A stretch of DNA of 64,000 bases from Candidatus Aenigmatarchaeota archaeon. Lineage in GTDB: Archaea > Aenigmatarchaeota > Aenigmatarchaeia > Aenigmatarchaeales > JACQIB01. Position 1 is the first letter of the stretch. Each line of letters starts with the position of its first letter. The translations under genes and the position numbers were made by a program. Shown here one piece after another: positions 29,460 through 39,140 of the stretch. The notes under the pieces were generated by a model. That model had not been told where the DNA came from. It saw only the letters and a list, made by a program, of their open reading frames with translations, and did not search any database. The stretch covers positions 64,001 through 128,000 of the forward strand of contig JACQIB010000001.1 in assembly GCA_016198755.1 (NCBI GenBank), read 5' to 3'.

Positions 29460-30359
29460 ATGGGAATTGATGTTATAGGAATAGGTTCTTTAGCCCTAGA
29501 CTCTGTTAAAACCCCCTTCGGCCAGTTCTCAGAAGGTTTGGGTGGCACAACATCTTATTTTTCCCTAGCTTCCAGTTTCTTTTCAAAAACAGGAATAGTT
29601 TCAACTGTTGGAAAAGACTTCCCTTCTATACATAAAGAATTCCTTCTTTCCAGAGGAGTAGATATTGAAGGAATTTCAGAAGAAACCGGCAAAACCCTGC
29701 GCTGGCATGCTAGCTATGACTATGAGATGAACGAAGCTCACACAGATCTTATTGAGCTGAATGTTTTTGGAAACATGAAAACAACGATTCCAGAATCCTA
29801 CAGGAGTGCAAAGTTTGTTTATTTTGGTCCAATAGATCCTTCCCTTCCAACAAAATTTTTGTCCAACTTTCCTTCAAAACCTTTTACAGTAATGGACACA
29901 AAAAACATATGGCTTAAGAGAAGGGAAGAACTGATGGAGCTTTGCAAAGCAGCTGATATTTTTCTTTTAAACGAGTGGGAAGCCCGCGAACTTTTTCAAA
30001 CTTCCAACCTTGTTATAGCAGCAAAAAAAGCCCTTTCTGCTGGAGCAAAGAATATTATAATTAAAAAAGGGGAGCACGGGGCTTTGCTCTTTTCAAACAG
30101 CAGCTTTTTCTTTGTTCCAGGCTACCCGTTGGAAAATGTTGTAGATCCAACAGGAGCAGGAGACTGCTTTGCAGGTGGCTTGCTTGGATTTTTAGCCAAA
30201 ACAGGAATTACAAAAGAAAATCTGCGCAAAGCAATGGTTTACGGTTCTGTTATTGCCTCTTTCTGCGCTGAAGGATTGGGAATAGAAAGGCTGAAAATTC
30301 TTACAATGGAACAAATAGAAAACCGCTATAAGGAGTTTCAGAGGCTTGTTAAGTTCTAG
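29460..30359 (+). CDS. PfkB-family sugar/nucleoside kinase
   Basis: DPTGAGDCFAGG. Confidence 0.9.
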   Translation: MGIDVIGIGSLALDSVKTPFGQFSEGLGGTTSYFSLASSFFSKTGIVSTVGKDFPSIHKEFLLSRGVDIEGISEETGKTLRWHASYDYEMNEAHTDLIELNVFGNMKTTIPESYRSAKFVYFGPIDPSLPTKFLSNFPSKPFTVMDTKNIWLKRREELMELCKAADIFLLNEWEARELFQTSNLVIAAKKALSAGAKNIIIKKGEHGALLFSNSSFFFVPGYPLENVVDPTGAGDCFAGGLLGFLAKTGITKENLRKAMVYGSVIASFCAEGLGIERLKILTMEQIENRYKEFQRLVKF

Positions 30360-30397
30360 GGAAAGGCTTTTATTGTTGCTGGAGTCAATAAAGGACT

Positions 30398-30567
30398 GGG
30401 CCCGTAGCTCAGTCTGGTAGAGCATTCGGCTCTTAATTCATAAGAGCCATCCTAGCGCTTGCAATGATGGAGAAACCGAAGGGCCGAGGGTTCGAAGCTC
30501 AGGGGGAAGTTTCCCCCTACAGCCCTACCCCCTCAGGTAGGGAGAGAAAATCCCTCCGGGCCCACCA
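30398..30567 (+). tRNA. tRNA-Lys(CTT) with introns at 37/38 (30436-30474) and 59/60 (30497-30550)
   Basis: GGGCCCG/CGGGCCC acceptor stem plus ACCA; TTCGG/CCGAA anticodon stem; GAGGG/CCCTC T stem; relaxed BHBs. Confidence 0.8.
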
Positions 30568-30568
30568 A

Positions 30569-31270
30569 TCACTTTTTTATCAAAGGGGCTATTATTTCTT
30601 CTGCCTGTTTCAGCCTGTAAGCAACAAACTCAGGCTTGCCCTCTTCCTTGTCAAGAAACTTCATTTTTATCTTAACCTCAGCAACCTTCCACCCATCCTT
30701 AACAATCTTTATTAGTGGTTTATACATTATATCCCAGCCAATACACTTGGAATTTGTAAAATATTTTGCAAGCTCTTTTCTGAACACTCTCGGTCCATAA
30801 GAGAGGTCTGTGCCCTGCGGTATCTTTCTGAGGGCTGTAAGATAGAGAGAATTTATTATTTTTTGCTCTGTGAACTGCTGTATTTTTGGATAGCTCTTTA
30901 TAGAGGGCCCAGTCCTGCCAACAATAACAAGGTCTGCTTTTCCCTGTTCTATAGGTTTCAATATTTTCCTAAAGTTTTTGCTAAATCCATATTTCCCTGA
31001 TTTATCCCCCTCAGAAACAATAATAATATCCCCGTGTTTTGCAGCCTCCCTTATAGAATCTTTAATCCCATCCCCAATTGAGGAATGTTTTTTTCCCAGA
31101 ACCACAGCCCCCAAACCCTTTATAGTTTTTATAAGTTTCTTGGAGGAGCCCCCGTCAGAAACATAAACTTCTAATTCCAATAATCTCCACTCTTTAACTG
31201 TTTCTAGCAGCCGTTTCCACTCTGCTCTTTTCCCCTTATCGTATACAGAGAGAGCGACAACAGCCTTCAT
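30569..31270 (-). CDS. GT2-like glycosyltransferase (divergent)
   Basis: VSDGGS, ADLVIVGR, GPRVFR. Confidence 0.55.
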   Translation of the reverse strand: MKAVVALSVYDKGKRAEWKRLLETVKEWRLLELEVYVSDGGSSKKLIKTIKGLGAVVLGKKHSSIGDGIKDSIREAAKHGDIIIVSEGDKSGKYGFSKNFRKILKPIEQGKADLVIVGRTGPSIKSYPKIQQFTEQKIINSLYLTALRKIPQGTDLSYGPRVFRKELAKYFTNSKCIGWDIMYKPLIKIVKDGWKVAEVKIKMKFLDKEEGKPEFVAYRLKQAEEIIAPLIKK

Positions 31271-32037
31271 TTTGTTCCCTCTATGTTAGAAACTCTCTCC
31301 AAAATTTTCCTGTGCATTTGTTGCGGCGCAGCAACAAGAGTTTTAGTGTTAACATCAATACTTTTTCCTTTAAAGTCTGTTATTTTAGTTCCAGCTTCCT
31401 CTGCTATCAAAATTCCAGCAGCAATATCCCATGGCTTAGCATAGAAAGAAACAAATCCATCCAGCCTGCCAGCAGCAACATAGCAAAGCTCTAATGCAGC
31501 AGAGCCCATTTTTCTCAGATCCTTTATGTCCATAAAAACTGTGTGCAGTTTAGCAGCCTCCGGATTGTAGATTTTGGTGCAGAAACCCAGAATAGCCATT
31601 CCAAAATCCTCTTTCTTTGTTGCAAAAATCCTTTTCCCGTTCAGAAAAGCTCCCTTCCCTTTTACTGCTGTAAACAGCTCATCTATAATAGGATTATAAA
31701 CAACTCCCATAACAGGCTTCCCCCCCTTTACCAGCCCAATTGAAACATTAAAAAATGGGTTACAAATTGAAAAGTTTGTTGTCCCATCCAGCGGGTCTAC
31801 AATCCATTCCAGTTCAGTTTTTTTATCCTGCAACCCAGTTTCCTCCCCAAGAAAGCTATAATCAAATTTAGAAAGCAGTTTCTTTATAACAATCTCAGAC
31901 TTTTTGTCCACTTCAGTTGCTATCTCTTTCTTTTCTTTCATTTCAATAGCATGCTTCTTTCCAAATCCAATACGTATTATTTTGCCTGCAGCACGCGCAG
32001 CTGCAACAGCAGTTTTCAGTTCCTTTTCATAAACCAT
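31267..32037 (-). CDS. suhB: inositol monophosphatase family protein
   Basis: GEE, WIVDPLDGTTNF, WDIAAG. Confidence 0.92.
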   Translation of the reverse strand: MVYEKELKTAVAAARAAGKIIRIGFGKKHAIEMKEKKEIATEVDKKSEIVIKKLLSKFDYSFLGEETGLQDKKTELEWIVDPLDGTTNFSICNPFFNVSIGLVKGGKPVMGVVYNPIIDELFTAVKGKGAFLNGKRIFATKKEDFGMAILGFCTKIYNPEAAKLHTVFMDIKDLRKMGSAALELCYVAAGRLDGFVSFYAKPWDIAAGILIAEEAGTKITDFKGKSIDVNTKTLVAAPQQMHRKILERVSNIEGTK

Positions 32038-32088
32038 AGCTTACTTTATATCCATTCCTTTATAAGTTTCCCCCTCAAAAAAGAAAGT

Positions 32089-32198
32089 GCCTGAGTGGCT
32101 CAGCCTAGTTAGAGCGCCAGACTCATATCATTATGAGTTTCGAGCGAAAGCTGTGAGATATCTGGAGGTCGTGAGTGCGAATCTCACCTCAGGCACCA
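32089..32198 (+). tRNA. tRNA-Met(CAT), elongator type, intron at 37/38 (32128-32159)
   Basis: GCCTGAG/CTCAGGC plus ACCA; CCAGA/TCTGG; central helix CTCA/TGAG. Confidence 0.85.
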
Positions 32199-32249
32199 CT
32201 TTCCAAAATAAAACAAACATTTATTAAGTCCGGAAACAGGATTTTTATT

Positions 32250-33125
32250 ATGAACTCTTCAAAGGTTTTTACAACCCTTGTATTTTTAATATCGCTTTCA
32301 GTTTTCTCTGCTTCCGCGCTAGCTCTTAACATAACAGTTTCCTCCAGTTCACACAAGGTTTTCATGGGCGACACAGTAACAATATCTGGAAAAATATTCA
32401 CTGATGAAGGCGCCACTGGAATTTTTGAGTACAGGGCAGCTGTAGTTGGGCCCAAGAGAGTTATAGTTTGCGATAGCAACAAGACAACAACTTTTGCTGA
32501 TGGAACTTTTTCATTAGTTTGTAAATTGCCCACAGCCGAGGAAGCTGTTGCACTAGGAATACCGGCTGCTTCAACCCGTTCTGTCATTCCCTATATCGCA
32601 GGAGTTGCTGTTAAGGACACAGGAAAGAACGAAACAGTAAAAAAGCATACAAAAGCTATTCTTGCTGTAAATAAGGATAGATTCTCAAAACAGCTGGACA
32701 CAATGATAAGGCACATGGACCAGTATATAGCACATATGAACACTGTTTCCCAAAAATGCACAGATATAGCTGAAAGGGCAGAGCGATTTGGCTTAGTAAA
32801 TATAAGCGAAGGGTGTTTAAGGATACAGGAAAGGACAAGTATAATTACAGGGAACATGACAGCAATAGAAAATCAGGCAAAGCAGCTAAAAGATAATTTA
32901 AATGCCACTGACTTCCCTGGTTTCGTGGACTCTTTGGAAGGAATGAAAGGTTATATGGGAAATTTAACGAGTGAGATGAAAGGGTTTGGTGGTATGATGA
33001 TGAAAGTGAGATGGGAAGGGTTGAAGGAAATAAAGAAGTCTGTTGATGATATAAGGAAAGATATAGAAAAGAAGAGAGGAAATATACGGGGTATGAAAGA
33101 TATTGCAAGGGGTATGATGAAATGA
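32250..33125 (+). CDS. secreted hypothetical protein with coiled-coil C-terminus
   Basis: Signal peptide, beta-rich N domain, helical tail. Confidence 0.6.
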   Translation: MNSSKVFTTLVFLISLSVFSASALALNITVSSSSHKVFMGDTVTISGKIFTDEGATGIFEYRAAVVGPKRVIVCDSNKTTTFADGTFSLVCKLPTAEEAVALGIPAASTRSVIPYIAGVAVKDTGKNETVKKHTKAILAVNKDRFSKQLDTMIRHMDQYIAHMNTVSQKCTDIAERAERFGLVNISEGCLRIQERTSIITGNMTAIENQAKQLKDNLNATDFPGFVDSLEGMKGYMGNLTSEMKGFGGMMMKVRWEGLKEIKKSVDDIRKDIEKKRGNIRGMKDIARGMMK

Positions 33126-33340
33126 GTGCAACTTTCAGGTTAATAGCATTATTTTCAGCACTTTCACTTGTTGTAATAGCTGGCTGTACTTCCCAATCAG
33201 GTGGAACTACAACCACAACCACACCTAGTTTTGAAACAGGAAGTGCTGATGCAGCAGCTTCAGATTTGAGTTCTTCTGCGGGTTCTGTTATTGATGACTC
33301 AACACCAACTACAGACCAAACAGTGCCTGATTTGACATAA
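33122..33340 (+). CDS. small putative lipoprotein
   Basis: IAGC lipobox, Ser/Thr-rich. Confidence 0.55.
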   Translation: MSATFRLIALFSALSLVVIAGCTSQSGGTTTTTTPSFETGSADAAASDLSSSAGSVIDDSTPTTDQTVPDLT

Positions 33341-33342
33341 TT

Positions 33343-34038
33343 TTACTTCCAATATCCACTGGTCTTCGGAGATTTTTTCAGAACCTTTATCCTTATAGCA
33401 TTTGCAATATAGAACTCTAATGCTGTTTTTGCAAACCCCTGTTGGTACCTGCGGGAGGAAACAGGCATGCACATTTTTGGCAGAAACTTTATTTTTCCAA
33501 GTTTCCTTAATCTTGTTCCAAGCTCAAAATCTTCTAGTATATTAACATTTTCATCAAACCCACCAACAGCTTTCAAAGCTGTGCGCAGCACAGCAAGGTT
33601 TCCTGTACATAAGCAGGGGTAGCGCAATTTAGCAGAAACCCTGAGAAAATAATGTCCCCATATCTTCAGGTTTAATTTTGCTCTCTTTCCCCCATCATAC
33701 GGAACCAAAGGACCAAAAACAGCTATATTCTTTCCAATCCCTCCGAGTATTGTTTCCACCCAGTCCCTATATGGTATTGTATCAGCATCACAAAATGCAA
33801 TTATTTTCCCCCCAGCACTTTTCCAGCCCAGATTCCTTGCCTCAGAAATACCTTTTCCATGGTCTAAAAAAACCTTGTCAGCAAGCTTTTCTGCAATTTT
33901 AAAAGTCTTGTCCTTCGAGTGTCCGTCCACAACAATAATTTCAGGTTTTATTGTCTGTTTTCTTAATGCTTCCAGACACTTTCCAATATACTTTTCCTCA
34001 TTCTTTGAGCAGACAATAACCGAAACCAGCATAACCAT
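33343..34038 (-). CDS. glycosyltransferase family 2
   Basis: KNEE, VVDGHS.D, DAD, GGFDE..ED. Confidence 0.9.
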   Translation of the reverse strand: MVMLVSVIVCSKNEEKYIGKCLEALRKQTIKPEIIVVDGHSKDKTFKIAEKLADKVFLDHGKGISEARNLGWKSAGGKIIAFCDADTIPYRDWVETILGGIGKNIAVFGPLVPYDGGKRAKLNLKIWGHYFLRVSAKLRYPCLCTGNLAVLRTALKAVGGFDENVNILEDFELGTRLRKLGKIKFLPKMCMPVSSRRYQQGFAKTALEFYIANAIRIKVLKKSPKTSGYWK

Positions 34039-34084
34039 ACTTATTTGCCCCCCTTTTTTAAAGCTGCAGAACATACTGAAATAT

Positions 34085-34161
34085 GCCTCGGTGGCTCAGC
34101 TCGGTAGAGCGGCGCACTTGTAATGCGCAAGTCGGGGGTTCAAATCCCTCCCGAGGCTCCA
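34085..34161 (+). tRNA. tRNA-Thr(TGT), intronless
   Basis: Full cloverleaf, GCGCA-CTTGTAA-TGCGC, TCCA end. Confidence 0.93.
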
Positions 34162-34246
34162 TTCCCTCTCCACGTTAAAATATAACAGTGTTATATTATT
34201 GGTTCTGCAAAACCTTTAAAAGTTAGTTTAACATAACAATTCTCCT

Positions 34247-35317
34247 ATGGAACTGCCATTGGTTACAGTTGTAATCCCAGCAAGGAACGAGGAAAAAACA
34301 ATAGGCAACTGTTTAAAGAGTATACTGGAAGCAGACTATCCGAAAGAAAAGATGGAAGTTATAGTAGCAGTAGACGGCTGCACAGACAAAACAGAAGAAA
34401 TTGTGCGTTCTTTCAAAAATGTGAATGTGGTTGCTGGAGAGCCCAAAACTTCAAAAGCAGCAGCCCTGAATTCAGCCTGGCCCTCTGCAAAGGGTGAAAT
34501 AGTTGCAATTTTTGATTCTGATTGCATCGTAACAAAAGATTGTATAAGAGAAGCTGTAAAGCACTTTTCCAACCCAGATATAAATGCCGTTTCCGGCCCA
34601 AGCCTTTCCTACAATGAAAGAGGCAGCCTGATGTCAAAAGCCCTTTCCCTAGAAACAACTTTCATCTCCTATTATGAGTATTTCCTGAACAAGCATGGTG
34701 CTGACATAATTACAGCAGGAAATAACATGTTTTTCAGGAAAAGTATTCTAAAGGAAGTTGGTGGCTTTGACGAGGAGGTTATAGTAGAGGACCTTGCAAT
34801 ATCCATAGCAATAAAGCGCAAATCCCCTAAAAAACAGTGCAGCATTTTCGAGCCCAAATCTGTTGTGTACCATGAGGAACCTCCAAATTTCAATTCTTTT
34901 ATCCGCCAGCGCAGGCGCTGGACACGTGGAGCAGTACAGGCCCACAATAAATATGAGAAATCTGCCTCAATGAAATCCTTCCTGTCAGATGCGATGCACG
35001 GAACCTATTTCTATTTTCCTCCATTTACCTTCATTATAACAGCTTTAACAGCCCTTTTCCTCTATCTCTCCCTTCCCCTCCTCTACCTCTCCCCCCTCTA
35101 TATGCTTTTTATTTTTGTTTCGGCTCTCTTTATTCAGAGCCTCCGTTTTTTCAAACAATCCCTAACAAACATAGCTTACTTCCCAATATGGTTTTTCCTT
35201 AGCAACTTACAGGCTCTGTTAATACCCCTTTCAATTTTAGAAGAGTTAATGGGCAAGCAGAGCATATGGTACAGGCCAGATAGGGCAGGCCTCTCAACTC
35301 CCTTACCAACTATTTAA
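34247..35317 (+). CDS. processive-type glycosyltransferase family 2
   Basis: PARNEE, DSD, ED, QRRRW, C-terminal TM helices. Confidence 0.9.
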   Translation: MELPLVTVVIPARNEEKTIGNCLKSILEADYPKEKMEVIVAVDGCTDKTEEIVRSFKNVNVVAGEPKTSKAAALNSAWPSAKGEIVAIFDSDCIVTKDCIREAVKHFSNPDINAVSGPSLSYNERGSLMSKALSLETTFISYYEYFLNKHGADIITAGNNMFFRKSILKEVGGFDEEVIVEDLAISIAIKRKSPKKQCSIFEPKSVVYHEEPPNFNSFIRQRRRWTRGAVQAHNKYEKSASMKSFLSDAMHGTYFYFPPFTFIITALTALFLYLSLPLLYLSPLYMLFIFVSALFIQSLRFFKQSLTNIAYFPIWFFLSNLQALLIPLSILEELMGKQSIWYRPDRAGLSTPLPTI

Positions 35318-35341
35318 ACCTCCCAACCAATTCTTATTTAC

Positions 35342-35559
35342 GGGGTCGTGGTCTAGCCTGGTATGACAGCAGTCTCCAAGTCAGAACCTTGACGGTTCCG
35401 ACACCTCCCCAAACTTGGAGAGTCGAGCAAAAGCGATGAGATAACTGCCTGCGGGTGTTCAAAGCGCAAGAAGGGGAGACCCCTTCTTACCGCCCTATTA
35501 ACCCCCTTGGTTAGCGGTAAGGGAAAGTTCTCCCCGTGAGAATCACCCCGACCCCACCA
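35342..35559 (+). tRNA. tRNA-Trp(CCA) with introns at 37/38 (35380-35442) and 59/60 (35464-35542)
   Basis: GGGGTCG/CGACCCC plus ACCA; GCAGT/ACTGC; GGGTG/CACCC; BHB TTCA/TGAG. Confidence 0.85.
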
Positions 35560-36250
35560 CTCCCTCCTTACCAAAAACAATCTCTATATCTCCTTTGGCT
35601 CTTTCAGCTTCCAAAAGGCTATTAAACAAAGTCCTACACCTGTTCCCTGTATTGTTCAATAAACCCAACTCTAGTAAAGAATCTCCCATCTTTTCTGGAT
35701 CCAGAGCCTGCTTCAAACTGGTTCCCCCAAGTTTAGCATCTACTGCTAACATGCCGTGTACCGTTTCTCCCCTTCTCTCCACAGGTTCTCCATATTTTTT
35801 GTATAGTATATCAAAAACCTTTCCTCCGGTCATGCTCAAAGAAGCATACCAAGCACCTGTTTCCAAGACAACTTCGCTGAAATCTATAAGTTCTTTCCAA
35901 TCTTGCCGCGGACTTATCTTGTTCGCATCAAGCAGTTTACAAGTCAAAATCCAAAAATGTGGGGAGTTCAACAGCTGTATGTAGTGGGCTACCTCATGCG
36001 CTGCAGTGCCCCTCCATACTTCAGGATCCAAATCAAAAGTTATACCCTCAACTCGTAACGCCTTATAATCAGTTCTTGCAGAAAATCTAACCCCTCCCCC
36101 TGGCTCCCCATCAACTCCATACGCAGCCATATCAGCTCTCACAAGATTCCTATCAATATACCTAGGCTCAGGAGCATTCTGTCTTCTACAGTATTCTTTC
36201 ATCCTTTCCCAAGACTCCCTTAAAACCTGTTGCGGAGTTTCTTTTTCCAT
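35543..36250 (-). CDS. hypothetical protein with zincin-like HExxH
   Basis: AAHEVAHYIQ. Confidence 0.55.
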   Translation of the reverse strand: MEKETPQQVLRESWERMKEYCRRQNAPEPRYIDRNLVRADMAAYGVDGEPGGGVRFSARTDYKALRVEGITFDLDPEVWRGTAAHEVAHYIQLLNSPHFWILTCKLLDANKISPRQDWKELIDFSEVVLETGAWYASLSMTGGKVFDILYKKYGEPVERRGETVHGMLAVDAKLGGTSLKQALDPEKMGDSLLELGLLNNTGNRCRTLFNSLLEAERAKGDIEIVFGKEGVVGSG

Positions 36251-36302
36251 ACCAATTCCTTTAATACAAATCTTTAAATTCTCATACTTTCCAACCTCTA
36301 CA

Positions 36303-36476
36303 ATGCCAATTAATAAACTGGATTATGGGGTTGCTTTCGGGCTTACTATGGGTGCAGCAGGCGGCTTTCTATGGTCAGGCTTATCCATGAACATTATTAA
36401 CATTTTTATAGGCGCTGCAATAGGTGCAGTTGCAGGAATTGTTCTGGTCCAGTTAACCTCGTCCAAGAAGCTTTGA
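36303..36476 (+). CDS. small Gly-rich membrane protein (57 aa)
   Basis: Hand-translated; two TM helices with GxxxG motifs. Confidence 0.5.
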   Translation: MPINKLDYGVAFGLTMGAAGGFLWSGLSMNIINIFIGAAIGAVAGIVLVQLTSSKKL

Positions 36477-37073
36477 ATGATGCGTTCTTATCAAAGGCAA
36501 TGCCACTTCTAATGCCCATATTCTCTCCTGTGCCTCAGAAACAGTTTGCCTTGGTAGATTATTTGCGCTTCTAACAGATTCTTCCACACCCTCTCTCGTA
36601 TCCTTATTCAAGATTACGTTCCCTACATATCTTACTCCCATATCTGCTCTCTCGAGAGCTACCAGTCTCTCTACATCCAGGGACTCTCTGTATTCTGTAA
36701 ATATACAAGCATGTAACTCCACACCACTACCATTTGGTTTTAAATAAATGCCCATAAGATTTCTACTCCCCCCAGCATTTCCATCAAATGTATCCCCCAT
36801 AACACTCTTTCGCAGCGGACCCAAATCTTCATGTACAGCTATATCACTTCTCCCATTCCCACCAAACTGCCCACGCACGAGGGGGCTTAATGACAAGGGA
36901 TAAACATAACAGGGAGAACCGCCCCCATTGGTTGTATACAGTACTCTGGCAACCCCCTCATTATCTATAGTTCTAGGGTCAACACCAATTAGGTCCAAAC
37001 AGACTTTGCCTCTGACCGCTCCGTTTCCCATATTAAAGCCACAGAATGAAAACGATTTAAAGGCATCACCCAT
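36453..37073 (-). CDS. hypothetical protein
   Basis: 206-aa ORF, start uncertain. Confidence 0.45.
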   Translation of the reverse strand: MGDAFKSFSFCGFNMGNGAVRGKVCLDLIGVDPRTIDNEGVARVLYTTNGGGSPCYVYPLSLSPLVRGQFGGNGRSDIAVHEDLGPLRKSVMGDTFDGNAGGSRNLMGIYLKPNGSGVELHACIFTEYRESLDVERLVALERADMGVRYVGNVILNKDTREGVEESVRSANNLPRQTVSEAQERIWALEVALPLIRTHHSKLLGRG

Positions 37074-37084
37074 TATAGTTTATT

Positions 37085-37564
37085 ATGAAAACTGATTTGG
37101 TAGAAATAGAAACCCCAAAAGACTGCAACTGTATTTTGCTGACTTCCCACTTTATAAAAACAGTGGAGGATTTATACGAAACCCTTGTGCAGGCAGTTCC
37201 AGGAATAAAATTTGGTCTGGCTTTCTGCGAAGCCTCTGGAAAATGTTTAATTAGAAAGGCAGGAACAGACACAGAGCTTGTTTCCGCAGCTGTGCGTGCA
37301 GCAGAGAAACTTTCAGCTGGGCATTCTGCTATAATTTTCCTAAAATCATACCCAGTTAATGTTCTAAATGCTATAAAGCAGGTTTCAGAAGTTTGCACAA
37401 TCCATGCTGCAACAGCAAATGCTCTGAGAATTGTGATTGCTGACGATGGGAAAGGAAGAGGAATTCTGGGAGTTATTGATGGGGAGAAACCCAAAGGAAC
37501 AGAGAACGAAGCAGATGAAAAAGACAGGAAAGACTTCTTAAGGAAAATAGGATACAAGCTCTAG
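37085..37564 (+). CDS. adenosine-specific kinase family (DUF355-like)
   Basis: SHFIKTVEDL, FCEASG, GRGILGVIDG. Confidence 0.85.
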   Translation: MKTDLVEIETPKDCNCILLTSHFIKTVEDLYETLVQAVPGIKFGLAFCEASGKCLIRKAGTDTELVSAAVRAAEKLSAGHSAIIFLKSYPVNVLNAIKQVSEVCTIHAATANALRIVIADDGKGRGILGVIDGEKPKGTENEADEKDRKDFLRKIGYKL

Positions 37565-37594
37565 GTTTTTAAAAGCTCCCTGCCAATTAAAACA

Positions 37595-37717
37595 GCGCCG
37601 ATAGTCTAGTGGTAGGACCTCAGCCTTCCAAGCAGAAACCTCAGTGAGTTTCTGCACATCCGGCAATCCCGGTGTAGAAAGCTGATGACCAGGGTTCAAA
37701 TCCCTGTCGGCGCACCA
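37595..37717 (+). tRNA. tRNA-Gly(TCC) with intron at 37/38 (37631-37679)
   Basis: GCGCCGA/TCGGCGC plus ACCA; TCAGC/GCTGA; intron forms two hairpins. Confidence 0.85.
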
Positions 37718-37740
37718 GTTTTATTATTTAGAATTAACAA

Positions 37741-38610
37741 TTAATAAATGTGTTTAGCAAGTTCTGCTTTCAAACAGTTATCAGGATCTTCCGCGCCTTT
37801 ATTTTCTAACATTTGTATAAGAAAGGAATTATACTGACCACGATGGTTTATACGAATATCCATTCCTTTCGAATGTTCGAAATCATTAATTTTAACTACA
37901 ACTTCTCCCGGTACATTATGTTTATGACCCCAACCTGTATGATCTAATCCACCTTGACAGAAACCTCCCTCGTTAGGAACAAAAGACAATATATTTCCTT
38001 CTTTTTGTGGAACATTAACAGGCGGCGGAGATTCAACAGGTGCTGGTATTTCAATGGGGTGCTGTTCTGGAAGCTGTGGTAGATATTCAGCATGTTGAAC
38101 AACACCACCAGTATTTAGATGCACCGCGCTCTGGGCTCCATTTCCTCCTGTTATCAAATCATGAACATAGGAAGGCAAATCTGCAACATTCCAATGGCCA
38201 CCAAATATTCCTCTAAGAACGTAAATTCCGCCTACAAAGGCAAGTGGCATAATAGCTACTTTCAAAGCCCCACGTCTCCTGCTCCTATTAACTGTGGCTA
38301 CTTCAACTTCAACAGGTTTCCAGAGCTCCTTTTCCATAGCAGCGTACCTTTTATCCAGAGGCCTTAGATTATCAGGTTCAATGCCAACATTGGGTAGCCC
38401 ACAAACCTTAACAGGAGCTGGCAAATCTTCGATAGAATCCTCTTCAAATTCTCTAACTTTTCTATACCTTACTGTTGGAGACCTTAATCCCAACTTTTGC
38501 TCCATCTCTACATATCTCTTTTCCAGCTCTTTTACAGCTGTATTCACGGCAACCCCAGTTTTCGGGTCTACATCCCATACAGATGGTATGCCACCATTAT
38601 CCATATACAA
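37741..38610 (-). CDS. hypothetical single-pass membrane protein
   Basis: 289-aa ORF; basic patch followed by a TM helix. Confidence 0.55.
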   Translation of the reverse strand: MYMDNGGIPSVWDVDPKTGVAVNTAVKELEKRYVEMEQKLGLRSPTVRYRKVREFEEDSIEDLPAPVKVCGLPNVGIEPDNLRPLDKRYAAMEKELWKPVEVEVATVNRSRRRGALKVAIMPLAFVGGIYVLRGIFGGHWNVADLPSYVHDLITGGNGAQSAVHLNTGGVVQHAEYLPQLPEQHPIEIPAPVESPPPVNVPQKEGNILSFVPNEGGFCQGGLDHTGWGHKHNVPGEVVVKINDFEHSKGMDIRINHRGQYNSFLIQMLENKGAEDPDNCLKAELAKHIY

Positions 38611-38665
38611 ACTATGAAAACAAACCTTTATAAGGTATACTCATTTTGTTCGGAAAGAACTAAAT

Positions 38666-38968
38666 TCAATCCTTAAACACATCTCCAAAGCACTTGCAGA
38701 AATATTCTTTTGTGTATTTGGCGGTTTTGTGCCCTTCTGGAGTCAGGGAATATACAATTATTTTACCTTTCTTCTCCCCCTTAATGAGTCCATTTTTCTT
38801 CAGTTCTTTCAAAGCAGGATAAAGAGTACCGGCTTTTGGTTTTATTCCCCTTCTTTTTTCAAGTTCCGCTGCAATTTCTTCCCCATACATTGGCTTCTTT
38901 GAAAGTAGGAACAGTATCAAAAAAGAGAGCATACCCCTCATATCACAGCCAAATTTTTCTATATACAT
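38666..38968 (-). CDS. PadR-family transcriptional regulator
   Basis: MYGEEI, GTLYPALKEL, YSLTPEG. Confidence 0.9.
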   Translation of the reverse strand: MYIEKFGCDMRGMLSFLILFLLSKKPMYGEEIAAELEKRRGIKPKAGTLYPALKELKKNGLIKGEKKGKIIVYSLTPEGHKTAKYTKEYFCKCFGDVFKD

Positions 38969-38974
38969 ACAACG

Positions 38975-39043
38975 TATAGGTTATCCTATATATTTAAATA
39001 CAGGGGAAGCATATATAGGATATCCAATATTGGACAACCTATA
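38975..39043. promoter_or_regulatory. three palindromic operator copies TATWGG-N4-CCWATA
   Basis: Copies at 38975-38990, 39014-39029, 39028-39043 in the divergent promoter of padR. Confidence 0.7.
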
Positions 39044-39140
39044 ATGGAGGTGATGTGAATGATAAATGGCCCATGTTGCTAAAAACCTGAGTAGTTGCAG
39101 TGGGCAGTGTTTTAAAGAGCTGCCCACGCACTATTTCTAT

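Noticed and set aside
30398-30567. Reading as tRNA-Ile2/Met(CAT) using CATA at 30439-30442
   Set aside because: Would need an extra 7-nt excision without a BHB; CTT fits the canonical 37/38 geometry
30192-35580. ORFs overlapping tRNA genes (30192-30425, 30464-30715, start of 32175, 35353-35580)
   Set aside because: Artefacts of GC-rich tRNA and intron sequence
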